Assembly (NCBI GenBank): GCA_003427395.1
Contig: BFEA01000004.1
Coordinates: 4,065,328 to 4,129,327 of the forward strand
Reading direction: 5' to 3'
DNA length: 64,000 bases
Source: Chara braunii
Lineage: Eukaryota; Plantae; Charophyceae
In this document: piece after piece, positions 1 through 10,349 of the stretch
Position numbering within the stretch: the first letter of the stretch is position 1
How the letters are laid out: each line of letters opens with the position of its first letter
Notes under the pieces: model-generated
Database searches by the model: none
Told to the model about the DNA's origin: nothing
What the model saw: the letters and a program-made list of their open reading frames with translations, nothing else
Program-made: the position numbers and the translations under genes

Positions 1-65
1 AAAGATATATAGCCCATTTCTTGATTTATACGTGTCAGCCTTGCGCAGGGGCCATGCTAATCTTC
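1..65 (-). pseudogene. U6: U6 snRNA-derived fragment (3' two-thirds), ACAGAGA box lost
   Basis: Minus strand reads GAAGATTAGCATGGCCCCTGCGCAAGGCTGACACGTATAAATCAAGAAATGG, near-identical to the plant U6 core AGAAGATTAGCATGGCCCCTGCGCAAGGATGACACGCATAAATCGAGAAATGG. The upstream ACAGAGA is replaced by CCGCGCG. Confidence 0.85.
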
Positions 66-150
66 GCGCGGTTGTTTTTCAGCTGCGTGGACAGATAGAG
101 AAAGAGAGGGGGGGGGGGGGATCAATTCCTTCAGTAACGATGCATTCTGC

Positions 151-252
151 TGTGTGTGTGTGTGTGTGTTGTCGTGTTCGGTTTGCAACTCCACAAAAAA
201 AGCCTAACTGTGCCAGACTGTTTCGTCGGTCTTTCGCGGACTCATCAGGAGG

Positions 253-308
<56 letters not shown>

Positions 309-471
309 GTTATGAAGAATCTCGGACCAGTGGCCTGTTCAATAGTCTCATGAAAGACATAAATCTGTGGATTGATGCCTATAAGAAGGTAACGCCTAAT
401 CCAGGCTCCCACGAAGGTGGCGAGAGGGGAAGTATTACAAAATACTAAAATGTGAAATGAAACGGAATGGG

Positions 472-530
<59 letters not shown>

Positions 531-630
531 TGTGTTATGAAGAATCTCGGACCAGTGGCCTGTTCAATAGTCTCATGAAAGACATAAATCTGTGGACAAA
601 ATACTAAAATGTACAATGAAACGGAATGGG

Positions 631-682
<52 letters not shown>

Positions 683-700
683 GTGTGTGTGTGTGTTTGC
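151..700. repeat. Four (GT)n microsatellites; the spacer 310-472 is duplicated at 535-632 with an internal deletion
   Basis: TATGAAGAATCTCGGACCAGTGGCC...TGAAACGGAATGGGCT occurs twice, each copy flanked by (GT)n. Confidence 0.95.
311..446 (+). pseudogene. Possible organellar group II intron maturase/RT N-terminal (RT0) fragment
   Basis: Translates to GLFNSLMKDINLWIDAYKKVTPNPGS, resembling the RT0 motif L..NL..AY.K...NPGS.T.G of mitochondrial-type intron ORFs. Short and recalled by eye. Confidence 0.4.
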
Positions 701-714
701 GCGTGTGCCTACAG

Positions 715-1425
715 GTTCTTGAGCTCCGAAGTCAGTACCCGGATGTGTTGTTGATGGTGGAGGTCGGGTACAAGTATCGGTTCTTTGGGGAGGATGCGGA
801 GACCGCGGCCCGAGTTTTGGGTATATACTCTCATGTGGATCATAATTTCGTAACGGCTAGCATCCCGACTTTCCGGCTGCATGTGCACGTGCGTCGGTTG
901 GTGGAGGCAGGTTACAAAGTGGGTGTTGTACGCCAGACCGAGACAGCAGCAATCAAGGCTCATGGGGCGAACAAAGGTGGACCGTTCTCTCGTCAGCTCT
1001 CTGCCCTTTACACTCGTGCCACTCTGGAGGCTGCAGCAGACCTTGGCGGAGGCGGTGCTGCTGCTTGCGATGACAGAGAGGGGAAGGGTCGACTCTCTAG
1101 TTATCTCATGTGCGTAGTGGAGCGTGGCGATGGGTCGCTCCCAGAGGGCGGCAGTGGAGGAGGGCCGAGGAGTAAACGCAGGGAAGGGAGGGATGAAGCC
1201 GTGGGAGACGGGGGGTTCGCGGAGGAGGGCGAGCGCAAGCGGAGCTCGAGCGCAAGCAGGTGCACTGCGGAAGTGGCAGTGTTTGCGGTGGAGACTGCGA
1301 CCGGGGATGTAATGTATGGACAGTTCAGTGATGGGGTCCTTCGAGAGAAGCTGGAGTCATGCTTGCTGACGTGCTCGCCGTCGGAGCTGCTGCTGGGAAC
1401 ACCGTTGTCATCTCCCACCGAGAAG
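715..1425 (+). CDS. MSH3: Internal exon of DNA mismatch repair protein MSH3 (MutS domain I plus connector domain II)
   Basis: VLELRSQYPDVLLMVEVGYKYRFFGEDAETAARVLGIYSHVDHNFVTASIPTFRLHVHVRRLVEAGYKVGVVRQTETAAIKAHGANKGGPFSRQLSALYTRATLE...SPSELLLGTPLSSPTEK matches plant MSH3. Acceptor CTACAG|G at 714/715, donor AAG|GTAGG at 1425/1426, 237 codons, phase 0 at both ends. Confidence 0.95.
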
Positions 1426-1798
1426 GTAGGAACTTGCGCAACGCGTTCTCCTTCCCGTTTCCCTCCAAGAAACATTCTCTCTCTCTCCTGCTCGCTCGCG
1501 GAACGTGTTCTCTCTTCGGCTGTTGAAAGACTCTCCCTGCCTCCCACTCTCTCTCTCTCTCGGTCGGTCGGTCGCTCTCTTAGTTCCGTCTTCACAAAGG
1601 TGGTAAACGAGTTGCAGTTCTAGGTCGTTGACGCTCTCAAAGCCGTTCTCGCTCTTTCTCTCTCTCTCTCTCACTCACAGGCTCACGCACAAAGCCTGCT
1701 GTGCCTCTCATAAGTTCGTTTTTCTCTCTCGGGAGGTTATCCTGGTGGTCGGCGAGTTTTTTCTTTTTTTTTTACAAGAACCAGTGGTCGGGAGTTGC

Positions 1799-3040
1799 TT
1801 TTTTTTTTTTTTTTTTTTTTTTCGAGATCAAGGTCTGATTGGGGGCTGAACCCAAAGAAGGTCCGAGTACAATAATTTTCTAATTCTGAAGAGAGGTCCG
1901 CCCATAGGAAAGGGGAGAGGATCATTTCTTCCGAGACTGCAAGGTAGCCAATCTGAAGAGGGAGAGTTATTCCTAATTCTGTCCAATCTACTGGTATATC
2001 TAAGCGTAATGCCTGCTTAAACTGTGAGAGTAGGGAGGGCAGCGGGGTTTTTGTGGCAAGGAACCTGCTACCTCTCCTGGCTAACCGAAGTTGATTTACG
2101 AAATCCCAGAAGCCTCTGGCGATGACACATTCCCACCAGAGATGCGACAAAGCAGTAGGGACACAAGTAGGGAGACGAGATGGCTAACCAACGTCTTCTA
2201 GGTTAGGTTGAGGGCAGGTGTCACAGAGAACGAAGACATCCATACCTTTTTCTGAACACCACAAAGCAGTAGGGACACAAGTAGGGAGACAAGAATGCAG
2301 GTGTAGCCACTGTAGACCGCCTACCTTGGTTTCTATAGTAGAGAGGAGGATATGAATGACACATAGAAAAGCCATTTGGGAGATATAGGATGGAGTTTCA
2401 AAAAAGAGATCTTCTGCTGCCAGGTGAGGAACAGGCCAGCCTGTAGCCAACGAGGCTCTGAGTGGAACCTGTATCGTACTTGAGCAGAGTATTCCGAGAG
2501 GGGGACATTTTTCGAAGAACCATTGGTGTTGAACACTGTCTAGCCATATCTGCAGACGTCGACCTTCCAGTCCCTGAGTGGGGTAGCCTCCATAACCAAC
2601 TTGATTAATTGATTGATTGATTGATCGATTGATTGATTGAACCAGTGGAAGAACCGTTCCAGGACTTCTGCGTAACTCTGATTTCGTCCATGCCAGCTAT
2701 TGCGACACCCTCAGTGCTTCCTTGATGTACTCCAGGCGGGAGTCCTTCAGCCTCCATTCTGAGGCGATCACCGAGCCATCTTCACTCTGAAGAAGGAGAC
2801 AGGCGAAGAAGTCGAGTTGAACCATTGCTGTTCCCTGTAGGTGGTGGCTCCTGGCCGAGAGAGGGTAGGACCCAGTTGGCCGGGATAGCTTGTGTAATAG
2901 CAGAGAGATGATCCTGTGTGCGCTGCAGGACCGTGAGGGCTGGTCTCAACTCACTTGCTGACCTCCATGTGCCGTCGTCTTCATTCCAAATGTGATCGGG
3001 AGTTTTTGCTCGCCTCTCAGGGCGTACTCACACTGGCTCT
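1799..3040 (-). mobile_element. 5'-truncated, decayed L1-like LINE (ORF2 C-terminus with zf-RVT, poly-A tail)
   Basis: Minus-strand peptides IWNEDDGTWRSASEL...ITQAIPANWV, CDTCPQPNLEDV and SHLWWECVIARGFW (zf-RVT-like). Poly-T at 1799-1822 is the poly-A tail. A ~30-bp duplication lies at 2147-2177/2262-2290. Confidence 0.7.
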
Positions 3041-3596
3041 ACCCTTAATGTATCGGACCGTATTTACGGCCGTACTTGCATGCATCTACCCGCAATCACG
3101 CGTGCAGAAGTCCCAGAACGAAGCTCTTGTGGCTGAATGGAAGACCCATCAACTGTTGATAAGCAGACGGAAGTTGGGTAAATAGTACACCCGTGAACTG
3201 TTGATACGCAGACCGAAGTTCGCATCCTCCTCCCTTTTTCGTAAAAAGGGCGACGGCCGTGAGCTGTCATCGTCGAACTGACCGGCCCTAGGTAATTCAG
3301 AATTATAGTATTTTGCTCGTCTGCTTCCACTGGAGTTCGAACTCAGGTCTGCATTTCAACAGCTCAGCTGAGGCGGGCCAGCTGGCACCTAAGCTCGAAT
3401 CCGCACGGACTTGAGGCATACTCAAACTAGCAGTCTCCTTTATGTATCTGACCGTAACTACGGTCGGCCGTGGATGTATGTGACCGTAATTTCGTCCAGG
3501 AATAAGTGATAAAAGCCTACTGTGACCGTAATTTCGTCCAGGTCAGTTTGATGATGATACGACAAGGCAGTCGTCCTTTCTGATCAAGGAGAAAGA

Positions 3597-6476
3597 GGGC
3601 CTCGCTCCGCTCCTCACCACATTCAGAAAAGACAAAAAACTGTGAAAAAGGGCCTCGCTCCGCTCCTCACCACATTCAGAAAAGACAAAAAACTGTGAAA
3701 AAAAAGAAAACAAAGGAAAAAAAAAAACAGACAAAAAATGTGGTGGTGTAACTTTCCATATTCTAGCGGAAGCTTCATTCTCATCTTGGACATTTGGTGA
3801 GTAGTGGAGCGAGGCCACCGTAGTTGCACCGCTTGCCATCTGCAAAGATTTTGTGAATGCATCTTCACAAACCTCATGTACAAATGCATTCAATATTTCG
3901 AAGGGCCTGGTCACCAAATGCACAAAGGACAAAAAATATGCCTGTGTATTTCTCCATGTGCTTGCGGAAGATTCATTCTCATCTTGCACATTGGGTGAGT
4001 GGTGCGGTGAGGGCCAAAATCTTGGGAGATGGCGAGTGGTGCGCCTGTTGTCGGTTTTTTTATTTTTTTATTTTTTTCTCTCGTTTCGCTTAGGGCAGCG
4101 GCCTTGAGGTATCGTCATTACCCCAAAAAGAAGAAAAACCATCATCATTGAGAATTTTTGTTTTTTCTTTATTGTTTGTTTTTTTTCTGTTCATCACCGT
4201 CCGATTTCGCATATAGACCTCGACGTTTGGCCTCGCTCCATCACTCACCACCTGCACAACAGGCGAAGAATATGGCGGTGTATCTTTCCATGTTCTAGCG
4301 GAAGATTCATTCTCGTTTTGCACATTCGGCGAGTTGTGGAGCGAGGCCCATTGCCCTCCAGTGGGTGGCAGGGAGAGAACCCGCTGGTCTTATGTTCGGG
4401 CTTAGGAAGGATGAACCTGATCGTGAAAGTGGTCAGGCTCGTGATTTCTTATTTAGGGCGTCGCCAAATTTGTAAAGAATATATTTGCCGCTCCAACGTG
4501 GAAAGAAACGCCGGCCGCCATAGTTTTTTTTTTTTTTTTTTTTCAAATATTTGGTGAGTGGTTCGGCGAGTTCCTCCGCATCCCTTCACCACCAGTGGGG
4601 CGGACGTAGAAAATCGTATGGGACAGGACCTCCTTTTTTTTTTTTTTTTTTTTTTTTTGGACAGGACCTATTGGGCCTCTCTCCACTGCCCACCACATGC
4701 ACAAAAGACAAACCGTTGTAATCTTCCCGTGTTCTAGCCGAAGATTCATTCTCATTTTGCACATTTTGTGAGTAGTGGAGCGAGGCCCATTGTATGTCAC
4801 CTCGCCAGTTTTCCTTCTTGCTTTCCTCTTCTTTTCCGAAAAAAATTGAACCATTTGTTGATTTATGTGTGTCATGCTAATCTTCTCTATGCCCCAAAAA
4901 TAAAAAATCTTCTGTGTATCGTCCCTTGTTTTTGTTTTTTTGCGCTCTTTTTTTTTTTTTTAGTTGTCAGATCTCTCTTGGCCTTTACTATGATGTAACT
5001 TTTTTTTTTTGGAAAACATGTCATAGGGCCTCGCTGCACTACTCCCGAAATGTGCAAAACGAGAGTGAATCTTCCCGTAGAATATGGAAAGATACACCGC
5101 CATGACTTTTGTCTTTAGTGCATGTCGCGAGTAGTGCAGCGAGGCCCATATTATACAAGCCGGGAAACAGGCCCGGCGTCACTTACAAAAGTATGCGGTG
5201 CCACAGAGTGAGCGAGGCATCACCGGCCAGGCGTCCCTTACAAAAGTATGCGGTGCCACAGAGTGAGCGAGGCATACCGGCCAGGCTCAAAGAGGGGAGG
5301 GCCTTCTAGAATCCCAAAAAGAAAGGAGAAAGAGCACATTAGGCCCACACTTTTGTTTTCTTTCCTTGTTTATACTGTATGTTTCCAAGGACTTCTTTTT
5401 CCCTGTTCCTTTCCTTTTTTTTTGTTCTTAGAAATGATCTCACTTGTTGGCTTGATACTGGAGGCGGATAGGGCCTCGCCGCAGCACTCACCAAATGTCT
5501 GAACTGGATTGGTATGACGTAGCACTATCTTGCATGTATGTGACCGCATTTACAGCCGTACCCGTATGCATGTGGCGGCAATTCCGTCCAGAAATAAGTG
5601 AAAAAAAAACAGTTCCAGTGTGAGTATTCGGAGAACTGCCGGGTCAACTGAAAACCCAAATAGGAGTTGCGTATGTGAAAACCCAAATAGGAGTTGCGTA
5701 TGTGTCGCGCTCCACTATGCTCACCACATGCACGAAAGGTAAGAGCTTAGGAGTTAAAAACAAAATGAAAGACAATAAAAGAAAGACAAAAACTATGCCG
5801 GTGTATCTTTCCACATTTTAGCAGAAGATTCATTCTCATTTTGGTAAAAACTTACGAGTTGAAAACAAAATGAAAGACAAAAACTATGCTGGTGTATCTT
5901 TCCACGGTCTAGCGGAAGATTCATTGTCATTTTGCAAATCTGGTTAGTAGCCGCGCTCCACTACACTCACCACATGCACAAAAGGTAGAAACTTACCAGT
6001 TGAAAACAAAAAAGAAAGACAAAAAAAGAAAGACAGAACCATGCCGGTATATCTTTCCACGTTCTTGCGGAAGATTCATTCTCATTTTGCAAATTTGGTG
6101 AGTAGGGGACACGACGGCAAGGATGGTCCTCACACCACTACTCACCATGTGCGGAAAAGACAAAATATGGCAGTGTATCTTCCCATGTTCAAGCGGAAGA
6201 TTCATTCTCATTTTGCACATTTGGTGAGTAGTGGAGGGATGCCCAATGCTAGGAAATGGTATTTCTTTCTTTCTTTTTCCCTTTCTTTTTTTTTTTGGTT
6301 TCTTTTTTTGAATCTTTTTTTTTCTTTTTTACAACTCTGTCGTTTTTATTACGGGGTCCAGTGCCCAAGGCTATGGGTCTCCTCCACTGGCCTCCACATG
6401 CACAAATGACAAAAAATATGGCGCTGTATCTTTCGGTCTCATTTTGCTCATTTGGAGGGTAGCAGAGCGAGGCCCT
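3597..6476. mobile_element. Cluster of ~115-125-bp MITEs (TIR GGGCCTCGCTCCACTACTCACCA, 3-bp TSD; Tourist/Harbinger-like)
   Basis: More than ten full or partial copies with core GCGGAAGATTCATTCTCATTTTGCAC. Clean copies: 4673-4788 (TSD ATT/ATT) and 5026-5147 (inverted, TSD ATA/ATA). Further copies near 34120-34600, 42440-42572 and 54125-54215. Confidence 0.8.
4839..4925 (-). pseudogene. U6: U6 snRNA-derived fragment with internal deletion
   Basis: Minus strand CATAGAGAAGATTAGCATG^ACACACATAAATCAACAAATGGTTCAATTTTT. The GCCCCTGCGCAAGGATG stem is deleted between two ATG repeats. A second partial, GGGACGATACACAGAAGATT, lies at 4905-4925. Confidence 0.7.
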
Positions 6477-6659
6477 GTACATCACTTCAGAAAGGGACGG
6501 ATGGGTGGCAGAGCTCCATCCCTGGAGTTCAAAGGGGAGAAAGAAATCTAGGTAGTAAAGAAAGTTTACGCTGAAAAAGGAACCAATAGTGACCGAAAAA
6601 GTGGTGGTCTATCAATCCGTGCCCAAGCTGGGTGAACGGCCCAATGCTCGAGGAACCAG

Positions 6660-7170
6660 GGGAGAGGTCCCACTAGCAAAGAGAATTCGATGAAGCTCCT
6701 GAATGTGGACATGTTTGAAGCAGAGATGCAGAGAAGCAGTTCAATCTCTTTCTGCACCTTTCCACAAACACTTCCAGATTGGGGCGTTCAATCCAAATTC
6801 TCTATGCTAGAGGGACCTTGCCTCAGAGAACAAATGGTATGAGTTTCGTCTGATGTGGACGGAAACACAAAATTTTAGACTCTTTTTTGCTTTTTCTTCT
6901 TTCCCTCTGTGGGGCAACCTCCTGCGAAAGTGAGAACGGGCATTGTTTTGATTTTGAAATAAACATGCAAGATTCCCCCTCCCCAAAGAAAAAACATGTG
7001 CCACTCTTGTTCCAAAACTGGGGCGAGGTCCCACTAGCAAAGAGGATTGCATTGATCGCCAAAACCTGGATGTGTTGTACACAGAGATGCAGAAAAGCTG
7101 AGCAATCATGATTTTCTGCATCTCTCCTCAAGCACGTCCAGATTCAGGAGTTAAATCCATTGATTTGCTA
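6660..7170 (-). repeat. Two diverged ~140-bp copies (6660-6800, 7020-7165), possibly LINE zf-RVT relics
   Basis: Both start GAGGTCCCACTAGCAAAGAG and contain CAGAGATGCAGA. Minus-strand peptides are W.C...LHLC..H....ILFASGTSP. Confidence 0.4.
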
Positions 7171-10036
7171 ATGGAACCTCACCCTGTGCCGTGCTTGTAG
7201 ATGTTTAGTTGTGGTTTAGAGTATCCATGGGTCCCCACCATCCGATCTCGATATCTCACGACCACATTGTGACCAGCTTCAAAAATACTGGAACCCACAC
7301 TAAACCTCCCCAAGTGGGGCATGACCCCCGGGACACACTTGTGCAGGGGTACACTTGCGCCATGCTTCGTAGCATCTGATGCTTGCGCTGCTCTTAGTTG
7401 TCTCCCTCGTTGCACGTGTGTGTTGGCCCTTGTAGCTATCTTTCCCACGACATGGCAAAGTAGTTTAGTGGAGGGAGGAGGACGACGGGAGGAAGAGGTG
7501 GAGGTGCAGGAACTGGATGAGGAGGCAGAGGAGGACAGTGTAATGGACGGCTTCTTCCATCAAGAGTAACTTCTGCTGGAGGATGAGGAGGAGGAGGAGG
7601 AGGAGGAGGAGGAAGAAGATCTCGTGGAGGGTCTTGGAAGGGGCCGCACTCACTTGGTTGATGACTGGGTGCTGAACCTCCTATACATGCTTTGTGTCAT
7701 TGTGATCGTGTTCTCCTGCTAACGTTCTAATGCCATTCCTGCTACCGAGTCAATCTAACTTTGGTCCACGGTGTACAATCTAAACTGCTGTTGTGGGCAT
7801 CTTAAATGGACCAGGTGCAGTCCTGGCGGCCCATCGTAATCCTCCAACCCTCCCAACAGCCCACTGCTCCTATTGAGCCATCACTCTACATCCCTCCACC
7901 CCTCCCAGCAGCCCACTGCTCCTATTCAGACGTCACTCTACATCACACGGTTCAAGTTGCACCGCGCTGTGAGGACATGTGCGCCTCTGATGGTGGCTGG
8001 ACCCTGCTTGTCTGTGTGTACCAGATTGCATGCCACAGAACACACGGCAGAGCTACCATGGCGTGCCCATGCCATGCCGTGGAGGCTATCACATGCTGCC
8101 AGTTTGCGGGACGCGGCCCATAGTCACAGCAACACAGTCACACTAGCACTGCAACTGCATCCAGACCTAGATGCATTTGAATGTACTCACGTCCAGAGCT
8201 CAGTCGAAAAAGTCCTAGTGTGAGTATGGCCTAAGGGCCTCTCGAGATGAAATGAAATGAATGCCGAAGTCGCGAGCACCCACGAAATCTAGAAGCTTGC
8301 TTTTCTTGACCGCTGCACCACACACAAAGAGAGAGAAAACGAACCTGCCACAAACGCTATGTGACAGGAACAGGAGGAAAGAGAAAGAAAAGATGTGCGT
8401 TATGCATCTGTCGTTTTCTTCGTCACTTGCATGAAGAGCCTGCTGCTGTACGACATTCTCGAAGCACCCTAAAAAACCGCGAAGGTGCAGGCGGGCGCTC
8501 TTCAGCTGCTCACAACTGGCTCCTCTGACACTTACCTGACATTCTTATGAACTCAAGTTCTTCTCGCGTAAAGGCAACACAGCCATAGGCAGAGGACACC
8601 AAACTCGGATGTGGACTGGTTTTGTGTGTAGTGCGGCAAGGCCCTAAAGCTCGACATGCTGAAGAAGTCTGCGGCCACAGATTAGGACAACTCACAAGCA
8701 CGGAAAACGCCCCAAAAAAGAAGAAAAAACTTGCAAACAAACGAACTTGTTGCCGTCCTGGAGAACCCGCATGCAGCCATACTCGTGTCATGCTGGTGCG
8801 CTCATCATCGTTGGAGAGGACTTCTGCTGAAGAAGACGTCGGCTGGCACAGATCAAACTGCAGTGGCCGACCGGCACGGGTCAAGCTGCAGTGGACGCCA
8901 CTGTCCTACAACGCCATGCCAGGATCTTCCTTTCAACCAATGCCATCGTGTGTTGTCAACGGTTCATCGTCACACAGCACAGGAAATGAAAACTAAAGAA
9001 TGAGTGTATCTACCCACAGAAGGTGGCAAGGTATGTTTGTTACTAACAAATGAATATCCCCACTTTGTGCAGGAAGATGCACTTGATTTTTTTCTTTTCC
9101 ATTTCGTGTGTGCTTCTGCTTGATTCTTTGTCGACCCCAGGTAGGCCCCATGTAGGGTGTCCACAAAAGACCCATGGACAAAGCTGTTGAAATATCCGTA
9201 AATCCATATGGTGAAAGTCACCACACCATTGTCGAAGCATGCAAATTCTGAATGGCTGTCAGAAAGTTTTCAACGGCTGCCATTTCGACAGTTGCCCCCT
9301 CCCTTCGCCACACAGCACTGTTGAAGTGTCGGAGGGACAAGCAACGAAGAAAAGCAAGTGTAGAAGGGATGGCCGCAGAAGAAAAGGGACAATACGGCTG
9401 CGATCATGAAAGTGGGCGTTTGGCCGATAGCTGCTCAAAGGGCGGCTACCAAACATAGGCCCGTCGCAGCTGGGCAAAATGTCACGGCTGTCTATCGAAC
9501 TTGGTTTACTTGCAACTTTCTAAAGATTTTTGACAGCGAACATTGAGGATGGCCCAGAGGCCAACTCACATTGACGGAGGCGGTGAACTCAGCAGGCAGT
9601 TACAGGAGTGAAGGGCGAAAGTGTGGTATGCGTGGTGGGTACTAGCGGCGACACCGGAGAGGAGAAGTCAGACTTTGTGTGTGCGTGTGTGCGGAAATGA
9701 TTTTCTGCGAGAGATGTGCACGCCCTATACTGTTGACATCAAACGCAGATCGCGGAACAAAACACTAGCAGCGCGGGTACAGTAGAAGCAAGCAGTAGAA
9801 GCTAGGCTGCTGGAGAAACGCTAAGTGTTCAACAGTTCCGTGTGCAAGTCAGGGAATCAGGATTGTGAAATGGTGGTGCCACCCGCCAAAATGGTGAGTA
9901 ACTCCCTGTCATGGCCGGTCCTAGCTGGTCCTGGCCTTGTCGTGTAGGACTCACCTGTGTGGTGAGTGCTGTCAAGTGTGGTGAGGGGTGGAGTTGTGAC
10001 CTCCTTTCGATGTGAAAGTCCGGTGGTGAGTACTCA

Positions 10037-10349
10037 TGATGCATTCTCATCGATAGATGAGCGGTGCACGAAACCGAAGGAGCACCAACATGACGACAAG
10101 GATCCCGGTACATCAGGAAAATCGACAATATCAGCGGAAGACTCAAAGATGCGACTGGACTCGTCAGACTCAGGCTCAACGCGCATTGACACCATCACAC
10201 ATATCGATCCTGCAAGGAGGGTGACATACACGGAAGGAGGTCCCTCCTTGCACACACACACATGAGAGTAGCAACAAACGATGGAAGCGGGGATGAGACG
10301 AATGAAGAAGAGAGGGGGGAGACCAGGAGGATCTCGAAGTCGCCCATCA
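10037..10349 (-). repeat. 3' LTR of the gypsy element (TGATG...CATCA) with PPT at 10354-10364
   Basis: 5-bp inverted termini. Adjacent CCCTCCTCCC is a polypurine tract on the minus strand, between the integrase end and the LTR. Confidence 0.75.

Noticed and set aside
592-1623. 343-aa ORF as a complete gene
   Set aside because: The ends are intronic read-through ((GT)n gives CVCV; CT tracts follow). Only 715-1425 is MSH3-like and splice-bounded.
3597-6476. CRISPR-like regularly recurring repeats
   Set aside because: Units are ~120 bp with TIRs and TSDs, irregular spacing and mixed orientation, in eukaryotic context with no cas genes.
7400-9800. Mixed GC-rich segments with short protein-like ORFs
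   Set aside because: No recognisable domain, termini or splice-consistent model.
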